Shown here: positions 58,203 to 64,000 of the stretch, piece after piece
Layout of the letters: every line of letters begins with the position of its first letter
Numbering within the stretch: the stretch's first letter is position 1
NCBI GenBank assembly: GCA_019057795.1
Contig: JAHLWS010000022.1
Span: forward strand, 13,729 to 77,728
Direction: 5' to 3'
From: Promethearchaeota archaeon
GTDB lineage: Archaea; Asgardarchaeota; Lokiarchaeia; Sigyniarchaeales; SOKP01
DNA length: 64,000 nucleotides
The notes under the pieces: model-generated
What the model saw: only the letters and a program-made list of their open reading frames with translations
What the model was told of the DNA's origin: nothing
Database searches by the model: none
Translations under genes and position numbers: made by a program

Positions 58203-60836
58203 TTATGGATTTTTCAATAAGTCATACAAAGATCTCACCACAAAATCTTCTTTTTTAATTTTTAAATAAACTGGTTCAGATGAGTATATTAATTCTAAAT
58301 TTTTTAACGAAATAATTCTAGTTTCATTTGGTTCCATGGAAAAGTAATTGTCAGACGCCACAAAATCAAATTTATCAGAATCTATATGTATATTTAATGC
58401 AATCTCTTTGCTCGTTAACTTAACTTCGTATTCCTTTCTATTTGCTTCACCGCAAAAGACTTCGTTAAGTTCCCAAGAAATAAAAGGATCTTTTATTGGA
58501 AATTTTTTAGGAGCTGTAAATAGTCTAAATCCGTGAAATAATTGTTCACCCTCAAGATTATCGTATTTTAATTTAAAAAAGACAATGTGATTTTGTAAAT
58601 CGTCCTTAGTTTGATGAATATCAGTAGTGTCAATTATTCCAAGTCTTTTTGAAGAACAAGGACGAATATTTGATTTAAATGAGCCTTTTTTTAGCGTGTT
58701 TCCATTTGATTCAAGGATTTTCCATTCATACAAGAATTTTTGGGAAGTTCTACAATCGTTTGTAATCCAAAACTCGATGGAATTATTGTCTTCTTTTACA
58801 CTAGCAAAGATTGGGTGGTAGAATCTTTTTGCGTAGTAGTGCAATGCTTTCCAACGACCGTAATAGTCCAGAGATGACCAGCTTGCCACTGGCCAACAAT
58901 CGTTTAATTGCCAATAAAGCGACCCCATACAGTGGTAATCGTTTCGATTGCGACGCCAGTGCTCGACACCATATTCTATCGCTTCTGCTTGCGTGATTTG
59001 CGATAAAACTACTTGATCTTCAAATCCTTGAGGAATTGAGAATCGTTTTTTCATATAGTTGAAAATTTTTTTGTTTCCTGCAGAGTTTTTCTGATGGTTT
59101 TCCATAATAGGCGAAAAGAAATCAAATTGTTCAGTGGGGCAAAAAGCTTCAATCGTCTTAATTGAAGGAAAGGATTCATAGCCAAATTCAGACATAAAAC
59201 GTGAATCGAATTTTCGATATGCTCGAAAAGGCTTATTTCTATGCCAAACGTCCCAAAAGTGCGAGTCGCCTATATTTGGTAAGTTGGAGTTTTGTATCCC
59301 CACATTTTTACCTACATAGCCATTTGAAGGAGAACTTGGCCAATATGGACGGATTGGATCGTATTCCTCTATTAGTTTTGGCAAAACATCTTCAAAAATT
59401 CTTATGTACCCTAACTTAAAGTTGTTTATCAAATTATCATCAGTAATTTCAGAAGTATTTAATTGCCACTTCCATAGCCACTCAACTTCGTTATTACCAC
59501 ACCATAAAGCTAAACTGGGATGATTTCTCAATCTTATTATGTTTTGAATAGCTTCTATCTTTATATTTTCAATAAATTCTTCTTTATGTGGATAAACAGC
59601 GCAAGCAAATGGGAAATCTTGCCACACTAATATACCTAATTCATCACAAAATTCGTAGAATAGATCATCTTCATAAATACCACCACCCCAAACGCGAATC
59701 ATATTCATGTTTGCTTCTTTAGCGTTAATTAAGTTTGATTCGTATAAACCCCTTCTTTTACCTCTCGGAATAAAACTGTCTATTGGAATCCAATTTGCTC
59801 CCTTAGCAAAAATAGGAACACCATTTAATAAGAAAAAAAAAGTTTCCCCCCATTTATCAGATTTCTGAATTAATTGAATATCTCTTATACCGATTTTTTG
59901 TTTGAAGGAATCTATTCTAAATTTATCGTGAATAGACACCGTAAGATCGTAAAGATTGGGAGTGCCAAGATCGTGCGTCCACCAGAGATAAGGATATTCG
60001 AGGTTAAGTTCAAAAATTGGGTTTAAAGAATGGAGAGGCTTATCCTTAGTAAAAATAGTGCCATCAGGAGCCTTCAAGTCAACCCTTATAGAATATTGGT
60101 TGAGATCAATTGATTGTAAATCGGAGGATAAATTAATTTTTATTGATAAATCTGCTGACATCACACCGATATCAGTAATTTCTTCAAAATTGGTTATGTT
60201 ATTGAAATCTTTATTATACTGTAATTTTTGAGTAATATATACGGAATCAATTCTTAAATTATCAAATCCAATTAATTCAATTGGTTGCCATATCCCAATG
60301 TCTGGCAATTTAGGACCCCAATCCCAACCAAAGGAATATTGAGCCTTACGTAAATACGGCACTCCCGGAATAGCAGCGAAACCAGTATTTAAATTTATAC
60401 CATTCTTTTTTTTCTCCTCTCTTGCTTTTACAGTCGGACTTTTGAATTTAATCTGCAATCTATTATTTTTACTTTTTAATTTTGGTTTTACATTGAAATC
60501 ATATCGAATAAACATATTATTAGTAAAACCAAGATGTTCTTCATTTAAAATAACATCTGATATAGTATCCAGCCCGTAGCAGCGGAGTAATATGTTTTTA
60601 TGCTCTAAAAAACCTGGTTCCAAGTCAAATTCTGTTTCATAATCCCACTCTGATTCGTATACCCAACTCATCTTCTGCTCATTTAAACCATAAAAGGGAT
60701 TCTCGATAATTTCATTATCTATTAATGTTTCAAATACTGACCCAGGGACCTCTGTAGGTATATTTAGGCCTCTTTCTTTATGGAATAGTGTCCAGTTTTC
60801 CGATAAAATAATCTTTTCTACTTTTTCCATAATCAA
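58203..60836 (-). CDS. Glycoside hydrolase family 2, beta-mannosidase-like
   Basis: RKAQYSFGWDWGP, KGANWIP, RVWGGG, WCGNNE, RFMSEFG, WQLNDCWP. Confidence 0.93.
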   Translation of the reverse strand: MIMEKVEKIILSENWTLFHKERGLNIPTEVPGSVFETLIDNEIIENPFYGLNEQKMSWVYESEWDYETEFDLEPGFLEHKNILLRCYGLDTISDVILNEEHLGFTNNMFIRYDFNVKPKLKSKNNRLQIKFKSPTVKAREEKKKNGINLNTGFAAIPGVPYLRKAQYSFGWDWGPKLPDIGIWQPIELIGFDNLRIDSVYITQKLQYNKDFNNITNFEEITDIGVMSADLSIKINLSSDLQSIDLNQYSIRVDLKAPDGTIFTKDKPLHSLNPIFELNLEYPYLWWTHDLGTPNLYDLTVSIHDKFRIDSFKQKIGIRDIQLIQKSDKWGETFFFLLNGVPIFAKGANWIPIDSFIPRGKRRGLYESNLINAKEANMNMIRVWGGGIYEDDLFYEFCDELGILVWQDFPFACAVYPHKEEFIENIKIEAIQNIIRLRNHPSLALWCGNNEVEWLWKWQLNTSEITDDNLINNFKLGYIRIFEDVLPKLIEEYDPIRPYWPSSPSNGYVGKNVGIQNSNLPNIGDSHFWDVWHRNKPFRAYRKFDSRFMSEFGYESFPSIKTIEAFCPTEQFDFFSPIMENHQKNSAGNKKIFNYMKKRFSIPQGFEDQVVLSQITQAEAIEYGVEHWRRNRNDYHCMGSLYWQLNDCWPVASWSSLDYYGRWKALHYYAKRFYHPIFASVKEDNNSIEFWITNDCRTSQKFLYEWKILESNGNTLKKGSFKSNIRPCSSKRLGIIDTTDIHQTKDDLQNHIVFFKLKYDNLEGEQLFHGFRLFTAPKKFPIKDPFISWELNEVFCGEANRKEYEVKLTSKEIALNIHIDSDKFDFVASDNYFSMEPNETRIISLKNLELIYSSEPVYLKIKKEDFVVRSLYDLLKNP

Positions 60837-60837
60837 C

Positions 60838-61638
60838 TTAAATTATATATTTAAAATTTTCATCATTTATTATCCAAGCACCCAAAAACCTATCTTTAGT
60901 TTTAGTATCCCAAATGTTTTCAATATTAGTTATACCTTCATACAGTTTTTCTAATAATTCTTTTCCCACGGGGTATTCTTCATGTGAAGGATATATTTCT
61001 TGTACATTCGATTCATCAAAAAACCCTAGTAATTTTGAAATGCTATCTAAAATTACAGAAAATTGTCGTTTTTTTGGCAGGTACATTGCTCCATAATGAG
61101 CAGTATCTCCTGTAAATAAATCACCCTTATCAGTTAAGAGAGATATTGAGCCAATGGAATGGCCGGGGGTATGAAAAACTTTAACCTTTATACCTCCTAA
61201 ATCAAACTCATCTCCTTCTTTCAATGAATTTACAATTAGTGAAGGTTGTAAAATAAAATCCTTTTTGCTATATTCATTTACTAACTCCTTTGAGGAATCT
61301 TTTATATAAGAAATATCTAACGGCAAAGAAGCCCCGTTTTTCTCACTTTCATGGATATATACTTCAGAAAATTCATCATTTGCCCCTCTATGGTCAAAGT
61401 GGAAATGAGAATTAAATACTAAAAGCTTTCTTGTTCCGATGATTTTATCAACAATCGGTTTTAAAGGAAAGAGACCACATCCTGTATCAATTAATAAAGC
61501 TTTTTCATCGCCGAGTAATATGTATATATTTACGTAAGTAGTATAAAAGCGAGGATCAAGCTCATCTAACCTTTCTCTGATAACATATAAATATTCTTTA
61601 TGTTCTATAACTTCATACCAGTTTTCAGCATTTAACAT
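60838..61638 (-). CDS. Metallo-beta-lactamase fold hydrolase
   Basis: IDTG, SHFHFDH, TPGHS, FTGD, PSH. Confidence 0.9.
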   Translation of the reverse strand: MLNAENWYEVIEHKEYLYVIRERLDELDPRFYTTYVNIYILLGDEKALLIDTGCGLFPLKPIVDKIIGTRKLLVFNSHFHFDHRGANDEFSEVYIHESEKNGASLPLDISYIKDSSKELVNEYSKKDFILQPSLIVNSLKEGDEFDLGGIKVKVFHTPGHSIGSISLLTDKGDLFTGDTAHYGAMYLPKKRQFSVILDSISKLLGFFDESNVQEIYPSHEEYPVGKELLEKLYEGITNIENIWDTKTKDRFLGAWIINDENFKYII

Positions 61639-61823
61639 AAAATAAATAGTTAGAAAATTAATTTAAAATTTATTATTCACTAAAGCAAAAAAAAGGACAA
61701 TCTCCATAAGTAATAATATCGAAAAAAAAAATTATTATTATAAATATAAGTAGATACTATGTTAAAACATTAAATAAAAAAATTATGAGTTATATCAAAT
61801 ATTAAAGATAAGATGAAATTATT

Positions 61824-62453
61824 ATGGATTTTATAACTGAAATTGTAGAGCTAAATGAAGATTCTGTGAAAGAATTGTTAAAAAAACGCCTTGAAAGCAA
61901 TGACGATCCTCTTAAAATAATGGATGATGTTAAAGGAGCAATGAAAATAATTGGTGAAAAATTTAGCAATAAGGAATATTTCCTTCCAGAATTAATCATG
62001 TCGGGAGAAATTTTACGAGATATTTTTGAAGTCTTAGGTCCGAAATTAAAAGAATCTAATATAACTGAGGAAAAAAAGGGAAGAGTTTTGTTAGGAACTG
62101 TAGTAGGAGATATACATGATATTGGAAAAGATGTTGTGAGATTTATGTTGGATGCAAATGGGTTCGAAGTGTTAGACTTGGGCGTAGATGTTCCTGCTGA
62201 GAAATTTATAGAAAGCATAAGGGAATTTAAACCCCAAGTGGTAGCCTTAAGTGGATTTCTTACGCTTGCATTTGATTCAATGAAAGAAATCATTCAAAAA
62301 TTCGAAGAGGCCGGGTTAAGAGATAGTGTAAAAATTATGATTGGAGGAGGGACAGTGGACGAATCGATTGTTGAATACGTCAGCGCTGACGCATATGGTG
62401 AAAGCGCTGTTGAAGCAGTAGCTTTAGCTTCTAAATGGACGGAGGTGCGATAA
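61824..62453 (+). CDS. Corrinoid (B12-binding) protein of a methyltransferase system
   Basis: GTVVGDIHDIGKD, DLGVDVP, MIGGG, plus an N-terminal cap domain. Confidence 0.93.
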   Translation: MDFITEIVELNEDSVKELLKKRLESNDDPLKIMDDVKGAMKIIGEKFSNKEYFLPELIMSGEILRDIFEVLGPKLKESNITEEKKGRVLLGTVVGDIHDIGKDVVRFMLDANGFEVLDLGVDVPAEKFIESIREFKPQVVALSGFLTLAFDSMKEIIQKFEEAGLRDSVKIMIGGGTVDESIVEYVSADAYGESAVEAVALASKWTEVR

Positions 62454-62454
62454 A

Positions 62455-63801
62455 ATGGTTAAACCCGAGCAATTATACGAATTAAGAAAACAGCGAATTA
62501 GTGACGCTCGTGCTGTGAAAGAACCTGATAAAGTACCTTGTGTAAATTTTATTTCTACTTTTTATCCTACTATACAAATGGGAATAACAAATGAAGAAGC
62601 AATGTATAGTATGAAAAAGACTGCTAAAGCATTCATTAAAGTATTTAAAGATTCGAATATCGATTGTGCTCCTGGCATAATTCCATTTTCTGGACAGGTT
62701 TTTGACAATCTGGGAATCCAGTTTTTCGCATGGCCGGGAGCTGCTGATGAAACCAGGCGACTAAAAGCGCATCAACCATTTCAATTTATAGAAAGCGAAT
62801 ATATGAAAGCTAGCGAATATGAAGAATATTTTCAAGACCCAACTGGATTCTTACTCAGAAAGATTATTCCGAGACATCATAAAAACTTAGGGAGTTTTTC
62901 TTTATTTCCAAGCTCTGGTTTTCCCCTAGGAAATGGTTATATATCAATGACAAATTTAGCAATGTATTTTGGGTCACAAAATATGCCATTACTCTATAAG
63001 CTTATTATGTATCTTGCAAAAGATAAAATGGGGAATATGTTCCCTGGAAAGGAAGCGATTAAAGCATTAGGAGACGCTGCGGTTAACATATTTAAATCGC
63101 TTATCCCTACAATGAGATATGCTAAAAAAATGAAAAAATATGGTTATCCCGTATTTACTATGTCCATAACTCAAGCCCCATTCGATGCCGTTAGCGAATT
63201 TTTTAGAGGATTAACAGGTATAATGACCGATATGTATAGACATCCAGAAGAGTTAAAGAAAATATTAGACCTCCAAGTCGAATCAGCTATTCAAATAGGA
63301 GTTGCGGATGCAGAGATGAGAGATGCAAAAATAGTATTCGTTCCTCTTCACAGAGGTGCTGATGGATTTATGAGCAATAAACAATTTGAGGAATTTTACT
63401 GGCCAACTCTAGTTAAAGTAATGGAAGGATTAATTCAAAAGGACCTGATGCCCATGCCATTTTTCGAGGGTGGATATAATGAAAGGTTATCATATCTGCA
63501 AGAATTCGCAAAAAAAAATAGGGGAAAAGTGCTTTACTATTTTGATAAAACAGACATGAGTAAAGCAAAAGAAATGTTTGGAGACTATGTGTGTATCCGA
63601 GGAAATGTGCCAGGATCGCTGCTAGTCGGTGGAACTCCCGCAAAAGTCGAAGAATATGTGAAAAACCTAATAGAAAATTGCTCATCTGGTGGCGGATTAA
63701 TAGTTGATGGTGGAGTTAGCGGTATTCCTGATGAATCTAAATTTGAAAATGTGAAAGCTATGATAGATGCTACTAATAAGTATGGTGTTTATCGAAAATA
63801 A
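62455..63801 (+). CDS. Uroporphyrinogen decarboxylase-family (methylcobalamin methyltransferase-like) protein
   Basis: EPDKVP, APFD, PLHRG.DGFMS..QFEEFYWP, CIRGNVP. Directly follows the corrinoid gene. Confidence 0.85.
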   Translation: MVKPEQLYELRKQRISDARAVKEPDKVPCVNFISTFYPTIQMGITNEEAMYSMKKTAKAFIKVFKDSNIDCAPGIIPFSGQVFDNLGIQFFAWPGAADETRRLKAHQPFQFIESEYMKASEYEEYFQDPTGFLLRKIIPRHHKNLGSFSLFPSSGFPLGNGYISMTNLAMYFGSQNMPLLYKLIMYLAKDKMGNMFPGKEAIKALGDAAVNIFKSLIPTMRYAKKMKKYGYPVFTMSITQAPFDAVSEFFRGLTGIMTDMYRHPEELKKILDLQVESAIQIGVADAEMRDAKIVFVPLHRGADGFMSNKQFEEFYWPTLVKVMEGLIQKDLMPMPFFEGGYNERLSYLQEFAKKNRGKVLYYFDKTDMSKAKEMFGDYVCIRGNVPGSLLVGGTPAKVEEYVKNLIENCSSGGGLIVDGGVSGIPDESKFENVKAMIDATNKYGVYRK

Positions 63802-64000
63802 AAAGTACGACAGAATAATGGATTATTGTATTTTCTTACAATAATCAAAGTTTTTTTTTTATGAGGCTGCAAGTTCATCTCACCAACCGACAATAATGGC
63901 CTCCACTTTCGAGACATCAATAGGTTGATAGTATTTTGAAATATCCACAGTTAACCCTTCATAATGGCGACTCCTCGTACGCCACTTCGCCGTCTGTTCC

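Noticed and set aside
3267-63685. Numerous short antisense or alternate-frame ORFs in the track (for example 8057-8380, 26811-27110, 48631-49089, 61802-62293)
   Set aside because: They are shadows of well-supported genes and have no motifs of their own.

Overview
AT-rich archaeal window, most likely from an Asgard archaeon of the Lokiarchaeia/Promethearchaeota type. This is inferred from a Loki-type profilin homolog, a Rag/Gtr-like GTPase with a roadblock-like tail and a eukaryote-like SECIS. Three blocks stand out. (1) 1-16.1 kb, 29.5-34.9 kb and 53.4-64 kb: ordinary host genes (GGR-family reductase, DRG GTPase, FrhB, HEAT protein, MFS transporters, peptidases, AlaX, GH2/GH4 glycosidases, corrinoid methyltransferase pair). 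(2) 16.4-29.4 kb: an Hdr/MvhD/FrhB electron-transfer cluster. The ORF track fragments or misses its first two genes because they are selenoproteins. hdrA (16403-18343) has four in-frame UGA codons and mvhD (18349-18807) has two. All six align with Cys in the Cys-only paralogs a few kb downstream. The only SECIS I found is one eukaryote-like element (AUGA/GA quartet, A-rich loop), and its core UGA is also the mvhD stop codon. (3) About 35-53.3 kb: an integrated element with a tyrosine integrase, RHH/wHTH regulators, a Prim-Pol/SF3 primase-helicase, an iteron-like origin, two related scaffold-like proteins and a tail-hub plus tail-fibre pair. It has no recognisable capsid, portal or terminase, so it is a candidate Asgard virus satellite. 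A 14-bp direct repeat brackets it. Several genes appear to need non-canonical start codons. No tRNA, rRNA or CRISPR array was seen.
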